This document shows, one piece after another, positions 38,733 to 50,285 of a stretch of 64,000 bases of DNA. Both the position numbers and the translations under genes were made by a program. The notes under the pieces are model-generated. The model did no database searches and was not told the origin of the DNA. It saw nothing but the letters and a program-made list of their open reading frames with translations. Source of the stretch: Vicinamibacterales bacterium (lineage in GTDB: Bacteria; Acidobacteriota; Vicinamibacteria; Vicinamibacterales; UBA8438). The stretch's first letter is position 1, and every line of letters begins with the position of its first letter. The stretch covers positions 7,376,488 through 7,440,487 of the forward strand of contig OZ244976.1 of the NCBI GenBank assembly GCA_965222905.1, written 5' to 3'.

Positions 38733-39770
38733 GTGGTCACGACCGAGGAGCAGCGGCGCCGGTGGGGCTTGCCCGACCTCGCCGCCTGCGGCCTTGCGCG
38801 GGTGGTGAACGAGTCGCGGGCGCTCGAACTGCTCTATGAACTGGGCGACTGGTCCGCGGCGGCCGGGTTGCTCGCTGACGCCGAGGCCGTGGCGGCGCCG
38901 TCGGACGCCGAACCCGACACGTCGGGGCTCGCGGCCGTGCGCGATCTCGTCGCGTCCGGACCGCGCGTCGATCGGGTGCTGGCGGCGCTGGAGAGCGGCG
39001 TGCTGCCGCGCTTGGTCTGCGACACGCTGCGGCGCGCGCTGCTGCAGTCGGTCGAGTCCGGGAAAGAGGCAGTAGAGGAAGCGCTGGCCCGTGGGCCCGT
39101 GCGGTTCGACCCTGCCCACCTGAAGCAGGCGCTGGACCGCACCCACGGCCGGCTCGACCGCGTCAAGACTCAGCTCATCGAAGTGCTGGCGGCCAGCCCG
39201 CAGACCCGCGGCGTGCTCACCGTGGAGGCTCCGCGCCGCGGCGAGGACGTGGAGACCGCATCGTTGGCGCTCGTCGTGCTCCCACGCACGTGCGGGACCG
39301 CGACGCGCGTCCCCTGCCTGGTCGGGCCCGAGGGGACCGGCAAGACCTCACTGGCCGTGGCCGTCGCCGAGGCGCTCGGCTGCGCTCACGTGCGCGTGGC
39401 GCTGGACGAGCACCACACCGAGCAAGTGATCCGCGGGAAGGAAGGCGTCGCCCCGGGACGCATCGTCCGGGGTCTGCGCAAGGCCGGGGTGAGAAACCCG
39501 GCCTTCATCCTCGAACTGCTCGACGAGGTGAAACCCGAGGTCGCCGACGCGCTGCTCGATGTCCTCGAACCGGTTGTCGGCTCGGCGTTCCAGGACCGGC
39601 TACCTCCAGTTGCGGTTCGATTTGTCGGCGGCCTTGTGGATCACGACGGCGGCCGATCCGAAGGCGATTCCCGAGCAGATGCGCACGCGCCTGGAGGTGA
39701 TCGAGCTGCCGGGCTACACCGAACAGGAGAAGCTGGCCATCGCCGAACAGCATCTGCTGAAGTCCGTTCG
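38733..39770 (+). pseudogene. Lon-like AAA+ ATPase remnant
   Basis: HGRLDRVKTQLIE, CLVGPEGTGKTSLA and PGRIVRGLRKAGVRNP, then frameshifted FDLS...RLEVIELPGYTEQEKLAIA. Confidence 0.75.
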
Positions 39771-40348
39771 AGGTGACCGTGCTGGTGTCGGCCGGGTGCC
39801 TGGCGCCGGAGTCGGCAGCGTCGTCCTCGATCGTCGAACCGGACACCGGCCCGGCCGGTCCGGTCGTCGTGGCCGAGCGCGAGGTGTCGTCGATGGCTGG
39901 CCCGCGTCATCCTCCCGTCGCAGAACCGGAAGCATGTCGACGAGGAGCTCGGCGACAGTCTCCGGTGTGCAGTCACCATCGAATACGTGACGCGGATCCA
40001 CGAGCTGCTGGACTTGTCGTTGCGGCTCGCGGCTGCGGCGGGCGAGGCGGTGGCGGTCACGCCGGCCGGACGGGTGTCTTGAGAATCAGTGGACCGGCAG
40101 CACTCGACACCAAGGTGTCCGCCGGCCGTGGTCGCTCGGCTCGCCGAGCATGGGACCGCGCCCTGCTCGCTGCGCGCCGGCCGAGCCCGGGACGGCTGGT
40201 GGCTCGGCACGAACGACGACGGTGCAGGTGTCCCGCGGGGCCAGCAACCGAGCCCGGCAGCGACCCGGCGCCACGAACCGAACTTCGTGCGGCGTCTCTT
40301 CCCCCTCCAGTCTGGGACACGACCCGGTGCCGCTCCGCGAATCTTGTG

Positions 40349-40961
40349 ATGACCGAACCCGTCGCACGGCTCAGGATCGAACTGCGGGAGATTGGACCCC
40401 GGCTGTGGCGCCGCGTCGACGTGCCGCTCTCCTCGACGCTGCTGGCCTTGCACGACATCATCCAGATTGCAGTCGGCTGGACAGATTCCATCTGTTCGAG
40501 TTCGTGATCAGGGATCGCGTCTACGGCGAGCCATGCCCGATGACGACTTCTGGGACCGGCACGCGTACAAGGCCGCCGGCATCCGCCGGAAGACCCTAAT
40601 CGAGCGTGGCGTCGAGCGCTTCCTCTACGTCTACGACTTCGGCGACGACTGGAGGCACGACATCTTCATCGAATCGGTCCGCGATGGCGAGGCCGACGTC
40701 GACTACCCGGCGTTCGTCGTCGGCGAGCGGCGTTGCCCGCCGGAGGACGTCGGCGGCGTCCCCGGCTTCATGGAGTTTCTCGAGGCGGCGCTCGATCCGC
40801 TCCACGTGGAGCACAACGAGGTGGTGACTTGGTACGGGAAGCCGTTCGACCCGGTCGACATCGACGAGCGAGGCGTGCGGCTGAGGCTTGCCACGCTGGC
40901 CGCCCGCCGCCGGGGTGCCCTCGCGAGGCATCGAGGCGCAGCGCGGTCCGATTCGACCTGA
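40349..40961 (+). pseudogene. Plasmid pRiA4b ORF-3 family protein, frameshifted
   Basis: LWRRVDVP..STL..LHDIIQ..GW, HLFEF, YVYDFGDDWRH and CPPEDVGG motifs. Confidence 0.85.
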
Positions 40962-41264
40962 CCCATATCGGCGTCCCGCTGTGGACCGCCACCGGTCGCC
41001 AACTGGGACTGCTGTCGACCGTCTCGCTCAGAACAGGCTGTTACAGAACGACCGGCACGGGTCGCCGACGCGCCTGCTGTCGAACGCGTCGCGGTTCTGA
41101 GCGACACCGCACACCGCCCGGTGTGGTGCCAGCATGAGTCCACCCGGAAACCCGGAACTGACGTGACCCCCTGCTCGGCGATCCTAACCTCGTGGTAATC
41201 TGCGTGGTAATCGCCGTTATGGTATTTCTATAACATCCATATAACTCAACATTTTACGGTTAAC

Positions 41265-42790
41265 TCAGTTCTGTAGCGCGAACACGAACAGGTTGTTCCC
41301 GCGACTGGGACGCAGTTCCGGGGCCAAAGCGGTGAAGGTCCCCGACGTTCCCGAGTAACCGGTGCCGACCGCGATGTACTGCCGGCCGTCGACCGCGTAG
41401 CTGATCGGGAAGCCGGTGACCGCCGAGCCGAGGTTGATCTCCCAGAGGACCTCGCCGGTCTCGTCGTCGAAGGCGCGGAACCGCCCGTTGACGTCGCCGC
41501 CGAAGACCAGGCCGCCGCCGGTGGCCACCAGCGACATCGTCCCCGCGCGCTACTCGTGAAGCCAGGCGGTCCTGCCGGTCTCGGCGGAGATCGCCCGCAC
41601 GGTGCCCGCGAAGTCGGTGCCGGGGGTCAACTGGTGCCGGTAGGCGATCGCGTAGAACGGTGAACGCGCCTCGTTGCGGCCGACGGGCGTATCCTCCGGG
41701 AAGGTCCTCGTCGCCATCATGCGCGCGCAGGTGTTCCGTAGCGGCATGTACAGCATGTTGGTCCGCGGGCTGTAGGCGCCCGCCTCCCAGTCCTTGCCGC
41801 CGTGCCAGGTGGGGCAGGCGAAGACCTCCTGTCCCTCCGCGGTGAAGACCACCTCGGCGTTCTCGGTGACCGTCCCGGTGGCACCGTCGATGCTGCTGAT
41901 CACGTTCTGCGTGACGGTGGGCGTCGCCCAGAGGAACTCGCCGGTCTCGCGGTCCAGCGTATAGACCACGCCGGTCTTGCCGGGGACGCCGGTCACCACC
42001 TTCCGCACCTCGCCCGGCCGGATGCGCGGGTTGATCCAGCTCACCTCCGACGCGTCGGGCGCCACCGCGGTGTCGACGAGGATGCGCTCGAAGGGATGGT
42101 CGAGGTCCCAGTGGTCGTTGAGATGCTGGTAGTGCCAGCGAATCTCCCCCGTGTCGACGTCGAGGGCCAGGGTGGAGTTGTGGTACAGGTGCCGGTTGTC
42201 GACGCCGCCGAGCATGAACTTCGGGGCCGGCGCCGTCACCGAGGTGCCCTGGTAGACCAGCCGCAGCTCGTGGTCGTAGCTGGGCGGCATCCAGGTGCCG
42301 ACGTGGCGGCGCTCCTCGAACGGCACGCCGCCCCAGGTCTCGTCGCCCGGCTCGCCCGGGGCCGGAATGGTCCGGCGCCGCCACAGCTCCTCACCGGTGC
42401 GGGCGTGGTGCGCCACGATGACGCACGCCTCGGGCCGGCCGCAACTGCGCCCGGAGATCACCTTGCCGTCGGCGATGATCGGTCCGGAGCTGTGCAGGGC
42501 CGAGATCTCCGTGTAATCGAAGATCGGCGTCTCCCAGGCAATCTCGCCCGTCTCGGCGTCGAGTCCGAAGACGTACACGTCGTCGCTGGTGTTGATGATG
42601 AAGCGGTCGTAGATGGCGATATTCCGGTTGATGGCGGCGTTGGCCCCCACGTGGTCGTAGAGGTCGTCGGGCAGGTCCCGGCGATGCTGCCACCTCAGGT
42701 CGCCGGTGACCGCGTCGATCGCTTCGATGACGTCGTTCGCCTGGGGCATGTACAACACGCCGTCGTAGGCGAGCGGCGCCCCCTCTTGGC
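41265..42790 (-). pseudogene. PQQ-binding beta-propeller protein, 5'-truncated, with an in-frame TAG at 41550-41552
   Basis: PLAYDGVLY, INRNIA, HWDLDHPFE, GGKDWEAGAY, ATGGGLVFGGD..FRAFD..TGEVLW and PISYAVDGRQYIAV motifs. Confidence 0.85.
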
Positions 42791-42849
42791 GCCCCGGCGC
42801 GAGCCCGCGCGACCAGACGGCGCGCCCGTGCGGCCGTCGTGGCTCGGCG

Positions 42850-45416
42850 CCACATGGAGCGAGGCAGCGTGGCACTTCGCCCTCTCCTTCCGCGGGTGGG
42901 GGACGCCGCTCGCGATGCTCGTCCTGGCCGCCATGGGCGTGGGCGGCTCGTTCGTCCACATCATCCTGCACGCCGACGGCCCCCTCCTCCCGCGCCCCGA
43001 TCTCATCGAGCCGTTGTTGATCGAGTTCTACTACCTCGTGATTGTGTTCATGGTGGCCCGGTTCGTCGGCGTCATGGCTCGCCGGGACGACCGCGCCGGC
43101 TTCGGCGAGATCGCCGACGCCACCCCGGCGCCCCTGGGCAGCCGGGTGGCGGGCCGCGCTCTCGCCGCCGCCGGCGTCACCGTGGTGTTCGCCCTGACGC
43201 CGGTGCTTGCGGTGTGGATCGTGACGGTCTTCGCGACCCCCGACGCGTTCAGCCTGTTGGACCCGACTTTCTATTTCGGGTTGTTGCTCGCGCCGTCGCT
43301 GCTGGAGCTGTGCGCGCTCGTGCTGCTGGCCCACGCGCTGATTCGCCACGCGGGTGCGGCGCACGCGGTGGGCGTCATCTGCGCGTTCTTCATCGTGGTC
43401 AACCACGAGTTGGGCGTCACCAGCTACCCGCCGGCCGAGGTCGGCGTGCCGCCGAGCATCACCCTTTCGGGGTTTTCCGGGTGGGCGCCGTGGCTGGGCT
43501 ACGTGCTGACCGCCGACCTCTTCAAGCTGACCGTCGCGGTGGCCATCATCGCCGTGGCGTGGCTCGCCTGGCCCCGCGGCACCGCGCTCTCCGTGCCTCT
43601 CCGCTGGCGGACCGGCATGGGCAGGCTCGCGGGAGGCGCGGGCGCGTTGGCTGCGGGGGCCGTCTTGCTGGCCGTCGGCGTCCACACCGTGCTGCACGAG
43701 CAGCTCGTGGGGCTGGGCGGCTACGAGTCGGCGGCGGCGGAAACCGCGGACGACGCCGCGTGGGAGGCGCGCTGGTGGGCCGCCGCGGCGCCGTTCGCGG
43801 CGACGGGCGGCGAGGCGGTGATCGAGATCGACCCGGCCGGGCGGCGCGCGACCGCCCGCTGGCGCCTCGACGGCGTGCGCTCGAGCTCCCGGATTCTGCA
43901 CGGCTCGCTTCCGCACGGCGCCGCGATCACGCGCGCCGTCGTCGACGGGCGCGAGGAATCGGTGACCGTGGAGCTGGATCACTTCGCGCTGCCGCTCGAC
44001 GCTTGCGGACCCGTGGGCTTGGCCACGGCGAACCAGGCGTCTGACGCCGGCACGCGGGAGCCGGCGGCAGCAGTGGACGAGCGACCCGGATCCGAGGCGG
44101 AAGGCTGCACCGTGGAGCTGGAGGTCGTCGCCCGCGGCGAAGGATGGTCGGCCGCGGGGGAGAGCCCGTGGCTGCCCCCGTCCGGCGTGTGGCTGCGCGC
44201 CGCCGACCTGTTGCCGGTCCTCGGCCACGACCCCGACCGGCTGGTGCGCGCGCCCGCGGAACGCCGGGCGCACGGTCTGGACCGCGTGCCGGGGGATGTC
44301 GGGGCCGGCGGGCTGGCGCCCGCGGCCGGGGTGGCGCCCGGGGGCGACTGGCGCTGGTCCGTGAACTTCGCCGGCGCCGGCCGCGATTCGGACCGCCCCG
44401 GCGGCACCGCGGTCGCGACCGCGGGCCGCACGGATGGGCTATTGGACTTCGCCGCCGCGTGGTGGCCTGGCGCGCCGGTCGAGACCAGCCGCGGCGGCTT
44501 GGCCGTGCTGCACGGACCGGAGCGCACGCGCGACGCCGCCGGCGTCCTCGATGACGTCGCGGCGATGCATGCCTGCGTCGAGGCGACCCTCGGCCGCGCG
44601 CCCGCGGTCCACACGGTGCTGCAGGCGCCGCGCGAGCGCGGCGAGGCCGCCCTCCACGGCGGCCTGCTGTGGCTGCCCGAGCACGAGGGTTGGGATATCG
44701 CCGACGAGGGCTTCGCCCGGCGGCAGCGCCGCGCCACGATCGCGGCGGCGCTGGCCGCGCGCGGGACGGCCGACGGGGCCGATCTGCGGAGGGAACCCGG
44801 AGAGGCCTGGCTGAGGGTCGGCGTCCCGGGCTGGGTCGGACTGGAGTGCGTAAGGCAGGAGGACGGGGTGGATGCGTGGCTGGCGCTGCAGGCGCGGGCC
44901 AGCGACCAAGTCGTTGCGGCGCTCGGCGCCCTCGACGCGCCCGCCGTCGGCGTCGCGGCGGCCGGCGACGCGCCGTGGGTGCAGGAGTACACGCCGCTGG
45001 CGACGGTCGGCTGGGTGGAATCCGTCGGCCAGGCCGCCGCCCGCGACGCGGTTGCCGCGGTGATCGCGGCCGTGCGGGGCGGCGCGCCGCTCGCCGACGC
45101 CCTGGCCGAGGCGGTTGGGGCGGACACGGCCGAGGCGCTGCTTGGACCGCCGGCGTCGTCAGACATCCTGATCGCGCAGGCGGATCGGACCCTCGAGATA
45201 GCCGGCCAGCGCTGGCTCTGGCGCGACGGCGGCTGGGAGCCGGTCTCGGCCGCGATCCACGTGACGCAGCGCTTCGACGACGACCGCGACCGGCGGCGGA
45301 TCGGCCCGGTGCCGACGACCGTCGACCCGGAGGCGCCGTTCACACTGATCGACGCCTGGCCGTCGTTCGAGCGAACGCCGGCCGACAACGTCTGGCGGGG
45401 CGGCGGGAACGACTGA
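42850..45416 (+). pseudogene. 5'-truncated multi-TM ABC-permease-like protein with a degenerate M1-aminopeptidase-like C-terminal domain
   Basis: About six hydrophobic segments followed by a long soluble domain. No RBS or start at the junction. The family assignment is inference. Confidence 0.5.
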
Positions 45417-45628
45417 CGGAGGCTTGTCGTTCCTCACCCGTCCCGGGCGGCCGCGGGCGGCCGTCGGAGTCAAGGGATGGCCGGGAGGGGGCAGGATGAC
45501 CGGAAGAACGCAGGCAGGGAACTATGGTCGGACAACTCGTTCTCTTTTGGCGCGCGCGTCTCGTTGACGTGCCTCAGGCCGGGGCCGCCGGGCAAGTTCC
45601 GGACGATCCCGAGAGTTCGTTCCTGGTG

Positions 45629-46846
45629 ATGCGCCGCTTCCGGGCGCCATCTCGTCTGACGGCCGGCGTCCTGTCCGTCGGCCTGGCCGCGTGCGGGTCC
45701 GGCGTGCCCGACGATCCGGGCACCGTCGAAGGCGAAGCGCTCGAAACGCCCTATGCGGAGACCTTCAGCGTCGTCGAACGGAACGGTTATCGCATCGTCG
45801 ACATCGAAGCGTCCGTCGTCACCTGGGGCGGAGCGGCGGGCGGACCGCCGCAGCGTGCGCGTCTCGTGCTGGTCCCGCAGGGCCTGGAGCCGCCACCCCT
45901 GACGGGAGATCTGGCGGCTGCCACGTTGATCCGAACCCCCGTCCAGCGGATCGCCGTCAACGATCAACCCCATGAGGCCATGCTGCGCGCACTCGGGGTC
46001 GAGGACCGGATCGTCGCGGTCGGCGGGCACAACAGTTACGAACATGAACTGCGCCGCAAGGCCCGGTCGGGTCGGATCCAGCAGATCGGCTACGGCTGGC
46101 ACATGCCGCCGACGCTCGATGCGCTGGTGGCGGCGGAGCCGGAAGTGCTGGTTGCACGCATGGCCGACCTCACGCACACCCAGCACATGGAGCGCGTCGA
46201 GTCGCTCGGCATTCCGTTCGTGCCGACCTTCATCGATGCGGAACCGCACTACATGGGCCGTGTCGCCTGGGTGCTTCTGATGGGCCTGCTGACCGGGAAG
46301 GAGGCGGAAGCCGATGCATTCGTTCAGATGGTCGCGCAGGAGGTCGACCGTCTGAAGGCCCTCGCCGAGGAGCAGCCGCCCCGGTCGGTTCTCTGGGCCT
46401 GGTACAAGAGCGCGGGCAATCGCTGGGCCGTTACGCAGCGCAACGCCATTGCAGCCCTCATTCGCGACGCCAACGCGGAGCTCGTGCTCGGCGCTGACGA
46501 CGATCCGGAGCTCGACACGTTTTCCGAGCTCTCCACGGAACGGCTCCTGCGGGACGCAACGGGCGCCGATTGCTAGATGATCCGCGATCCACTGTCCGCG
46601 GTGTTCGACGATCGGGCCGTGCTGTCGCGCTTCAAGGCCTATCAGGAAGATTGCATCTTCTGGGAGCAGGGCAAGCGCCATCCCGCCGCGGATACGTGGG
46701 AGCTGTGGGAGATGGGGACCATCCGTCCGGACTGGCAGTTGGCCGACATCATGAAGATGCTGCATCCGTAACTGCGCGACGGGGAGTGGCGTTACCTCGC
46801 GCCGGAAACGTGGCAGGCGGACCATGTGGGCGCGGGTCTGCACTAG
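45629..46846 (+). pseudogene. Iron-siderophore/cobalamin ABC substrate-binding lipoprotein with two nonsense codons (46574 TAG, 46769 TAA)
   Basis: LAAC lipobox, YAETFSV, PVQRIAV and EPHYMGRVAW motifs. The reading frame continues past both stops. Confidence 0.75.
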
Positions 46847-47855
46847 CGGCTCCGCCCTCATCGCCGCGCTCGCCGCGCTCTGTCTGCTGACGCTGACCCA
46901 TGGGCAGATCGCGCTGCCCCTGGCCGACACGGTCGGCGCGTTGACCGGAACGCGGTCGAGCGACTTGGCCCGCCAGATCGTGCTCGATATTCGCCTTCCG
47001 CGGGTCGCCGCCGCGATCATCGCCGGGGGTGCGCTCGGCATGGCCGGGGTGCTGATGCAGGCCCTCTTCCGGAACCCGGTCGCCGACGCGTGGTCCCTCG
47101 GCCTGCTCGCCGGCGGCCAGCTCGGGGTCGCACTCATCGTGACCGCGGCGGCCTTCGCCGGTCCCGCGGCCGTGTCCTTCCTCACCTGCTTCGAAGGCCC
47201 CAGCATCACGCTCGCGGCCGCCGCGAGCGTTGCAATCGCGGCGCTCGTCATGCTGGCGCTCGGCCGCCGCGTCGGCGCCATCACGCTGCTCGTCATCGGC
47301 CTCATGCTCGGGTTCACCGCCCAGGGCCTCACCAGCGTTCTTCTGCATTTCGCCGCCCGCGCCGGCGGCCGGATCTATGGTGGATGGCAGGATGCGAGCT
47401 TTGCCGGCGTCGCCCCCGCGGTGCTGCCGTGGCTCCTGCTGCCGATCCTCATCGGCACCTGCGCCGCCGTCGCGACGGCCAAGCCGCTCAGCTCGCTGCT
47501 TCTCGGCGCGACCTACGCGCGCAGCCTCGGCGTCAAGGCAACGACTCTGAGACATGCCGTTCTTGCGGCGACCGTGCTTCTGGTGGCGCCCGTCGTCGCC
47601 TTCTGCGGCCCGGTGAGCTTCGTCGGCCTGATTGCACCCCACTTCGCCCGGGCGCTGGCCGGAACGGCGCGGATCCTGCCGCTATTTCCGCTCGCCGCGC
47701 TCGGCGGCGCACTGCTCGCCCTTGCCGGAGACGCCATCGTGCATGCGCGGTGGGAGCAGCACTTCCTGCACCTGAATGCGGTCCTCGCGATCGTCGGCGC
47801 GCCGGCCGTGATTCTCATCCTGGTCTTCTCACCGGCCGTGAGGCAGTGGCGCTGA
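46824..47855 (+). CDS. FecCD/BtuC-family ABC permease
   Basis: DIRLPRV, MQALFRNPVAD, LLLG..YARSLGV and GPVSFVGLIAPH motifs. Confidence 0.9.
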   Translation: MWARVCTSGSALIAALAALCLLTLTHGQIALPLADTVGALTGTRSSDLARQIVLDIRLPRVAAAIIAGGALGMAGVLMQALFRNPVADAWSLGLLAGGQLGVALIVTAAAFAGPAAVSFLTCFEGPSITLAAAASVAIAALVMLALGRRVGAITLLVIGLMLGFTAQGLTSVLLHFAARAGGRIYGGWQDASFAGVAPAVLPWLLLPILIGTCAAVATAKPLSSLLLGATYARSLGVKATTLRHAVLAATVLLVAPVVAFCGPVSFVGLIAPHFARALAGTARILPLFPLAALGGALLALAGDAIVHARWEQHFLHLNAVLAIVGAPAVILILVFSPAVRQWR

Positions 47856-47920
47856 TGCTGGATCTGCAATCCCTTGCCGTGGGCTATCGCAACACGCGGG
47901 GAGCAATCCTGTCCGGCATC

Positions 47921-49501
47921 GGGCGCATTCCCGATTTCCCGGTCACGCGCTCACACCCACCGGCGTCATGGCCATCCGCTGCAAACAGTTCCATCTGCCG
48001 GACTTATAGAAAGACCGCAGGAGAAAGAATCGCGTCGACGCTCTCCGGTAGCCAATAGATGGATGCGCCCTTGATGCGGAGATTGATGACGCGACGGATG
48101 GCGCTTTCGACGGCGCCGCTGCCCCGCGGAAGCCCGAGCCCGACCATTGTGGTGTAGGCGAAACGATGACGGTTCTTCAGGAAGTAGTTGAGGTGCGTGC
48201 GGATCTTGCCGGCCGTGCGCCCGCGGCACAGCTCCCGCAGGGCCGTGATCACCTCGTCCACGCGTGCTCGCTTGAGCAGCCCCCGCGTGCGGTTGAGCCA
48301 GCGGGTGCGTTGCGTCGCGCTCCAGCGGCGCAGCTTGACCGCGTCCGAGAGTTGCTTGGCGGCATGATAGAAGTCGATCAGCCCCAGCACCTGTGTCGGC
48401 GAGAGCCCGAGCGCGGCGATGAGGCGCTGGAGGCGTCGCCAGATCCAGGGCGCGCCGTCGGCGATGAAGAGCACCTTGTCAGCGGCGTTGAGGCCGATCT
48501 GCCGCGCGTACGACAACAGCAGGGCGAAGACCGCCTCCGGTCCCCGCAGCGTGCCGTCGATGATCGGGGCCCACGTCTGAGACGGTCGCCCGTCGTCGCC
48601 GACGACGTACAGGATGAGGAGCTTCGGTTCCTTCCAGTCGGTATGGAATCGGTTGCGCCCCTTCTTCGTCTTGGGGCCACGCTTCTTGCGCCTCACACGG
48701 ACGCGGCCCCCGTCGAGGGAGACGACCACCCGCTTGCCGGTCACGCGGTCCAGCAGGCCGCACGCCGCGCTCTGCTGGGCCGCTCGGGCCCGCGCAGCGT
48801 AGCGATAGGCGGTCGAGCGGAGGGTCTTGATATCGAGGGCGATGCCGTCGGAGCGGAGCTGCGCCTGCGCTTCGGCCAGCGAGCTGAGCATGGCGACCGC
48901 GCGGCTTGCATCGGAGGCCAGCTTCGGCGTGCACCGATCGTAGATGCCCAGCACCACCAAGGCGGGGTAGAGTCCCGGCCTCCGCTTCGCCCGACGGGCG
49001 TGTTTCTCGCGGTAGTACGGCGTCGTGACCGGCACCGTCGTGCCCCGGGAGGTGCGAACGTTGACGGTCTCCAGGCCGTCGCTCCGCATCCGCCGGGGCA
49101 GGTGGCGCACGAGGGCGCTCGCCGCGTCGCCAACCGCGGCGGAGCGCACCGCGCGTTGCAGCACGGGGGTGAGGAGGGCGCCGAAGAACTCGTCCGCGAT
49201 GGCCCGCAGCTGCTCTTCGCACTGCTCCGCTTCCTCTGCCGACCTGGGCGCTGGAGCACGCGCCTCAAACTCCAGCGCCCGCCGGAGGGCAGTGCGCAGG
49301 TGGACGGGAATGTTGCCAAGATCGATCTCGCGGCTCGGGGTGTCGATGGCGCTCTTGTCCATTTCAACGCACCATCATGGGCAGTCCGAGCCGTAATGTC
49401 CAGTACCACCCTCCCCGTCTGTCCGAAGACCGGCTCAACCTCCCCCAGCCTCACAGTCCATCTTTGCCTACACACTGCTCCGGGAAATCGGGAATGCGCC
49501 C
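47921..49501 (-). mobile_element. ISKra4/ISLre2-like (UPF0236, Mutator-type) insertion sequence
   Basis: Perfect 22-bp TIR GGGCGCATTCCCGATTTCCCGG. 8-bp TSD CCGGCATC at 47913-47920 and 49502-49509. Confidence 0.9.
48004..49362 (-). CDS. Mutator-type DDE transposase, probable frameshift at the extreme C-terminus
   Basis: SLDGGRV, WKEPK, ADGAPWIW, DFYHA and GSGAVESAIRRV motifs. Confidence 0.88.
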   Translation of the reverse strand: MDKSAIDTPSREIDLGNIPVHLRTALRRALEFEARAPAPRSAEEAEQCEEQLRAIADEFFGALLTPVLQRAVRSAAVGDAASALVRHLPRRMRSDGLETVNVRTSRGTTVPVTTPYYREKHARRAKRRPGLYPALVVLGIYDRCTPKLASDASRAVAMLSSLAEAQAQLRSDGIALDIKTLRSTAYRYAARARAAQQSAACGLLDRVTGKRVVVSLDGGRVRVRRKKRGPKTKKGRNRFHTDWKEPKLLILYVVGDDGRPSQTWAPIIDGTLRGPEAVFALLLSYARQIGLNAADKVLFIADGAPWIWRRLQRLIAALGLSPTQVLGLIDFYHAAKQLSDAVKLRRWSATQRTRWLNRTRGLLKRARVDEVITALRELCRGRTAGKIRTHLNYFLKNRHRFAYTTMVGLGLPRGSGAVESAIRRVINLRIKGASIYWLPESVDAILSPAVFL

Positions 49502-50285
49502 CCGGCATCGACCTGTCGGCCGGTCCCGGCGACTTCATCTGCATCCTCGGCCGCAACGCGGCCGGGAAATCGACCCTCATGCGGACGATCGCGGGGCTGC
49601 AAGCGTCGCTCGACGGAATCGTGTTGCTCGACGGCGAAGACATTGCGTCCATGCGTCCGGCGACGCGCGCGCGCCGGATCGCCGTGGTGCTCACGGAGCG
49701 CCAGTTCAATCCGGGCCTCCGCGTCGACGACGTCATCGCGCTCGCCCGGCAGCCCTTCACGGGCTGGCAGGGTGGACTGGCGGACAACGACGCGGCCGCG
49801 ATCGCCGACGCGGTCGCGGTCACCGGCGTCGAGCCGTTCCTGCGCCGCCACTTCAGCGATCTCAGCGACGGCGAGCGACAGCGGGTGATGATCGCGCGTG
49901 CGCTCGCACAGACGCCGCGCCTGATGGTCCTCGACGAGATCACGGCCTTCCTCGATCTGCCGAGCCGGGTCGAGATCATGGCCCTCCTGCGTTCCCGGGC
50001 CAGGCAGAAGGGGCAGGTCGTTCTGCTCTCGAGCCACGACCTCGACCTGTCGCTGCAGCTTTCCGACAGCGTCTGGCTGCTCGACGGCGCCAGCGGCTTC
50101 TCGGTCGGCACGCCGGACGAACTGAGCCGGAGCGGCGCGGTCGGGCGCGCCTTCGACACCGACGTGATCCGGTATTCGCCCTCGCATGGGCGGTTCGAGA
50201 TCGGAATGTCCGGCTCCGCGTAGCTGCCTGCCGGACGCAAGACGAGCCCATGCTTCGACGCCGACCCGCCGCCCAGGAGGACGCC

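Larger units (their letters stand above)
47855..50223 (+). pseudogene. ABC ATPase (FecE/BtuD-like) interrupted by an IS
   Basis: MLDLQSLAVGY...LSGI|DLSA...GRNAAGKST...LSDGERQRVMIARAL..LDE..H. The frame is restored on IS removal. Confidence 0.88.

Noticed and set aside
41550-46771. Programmed stop-codon read-through (pyrrolysine or alternative code) at the in-frame TAGs
   Set aside because: A TAA also interrupts one of the same genes, TAG terminates normal genes here (e.g. 5376, 50223), and the surrounding genes are decaying.
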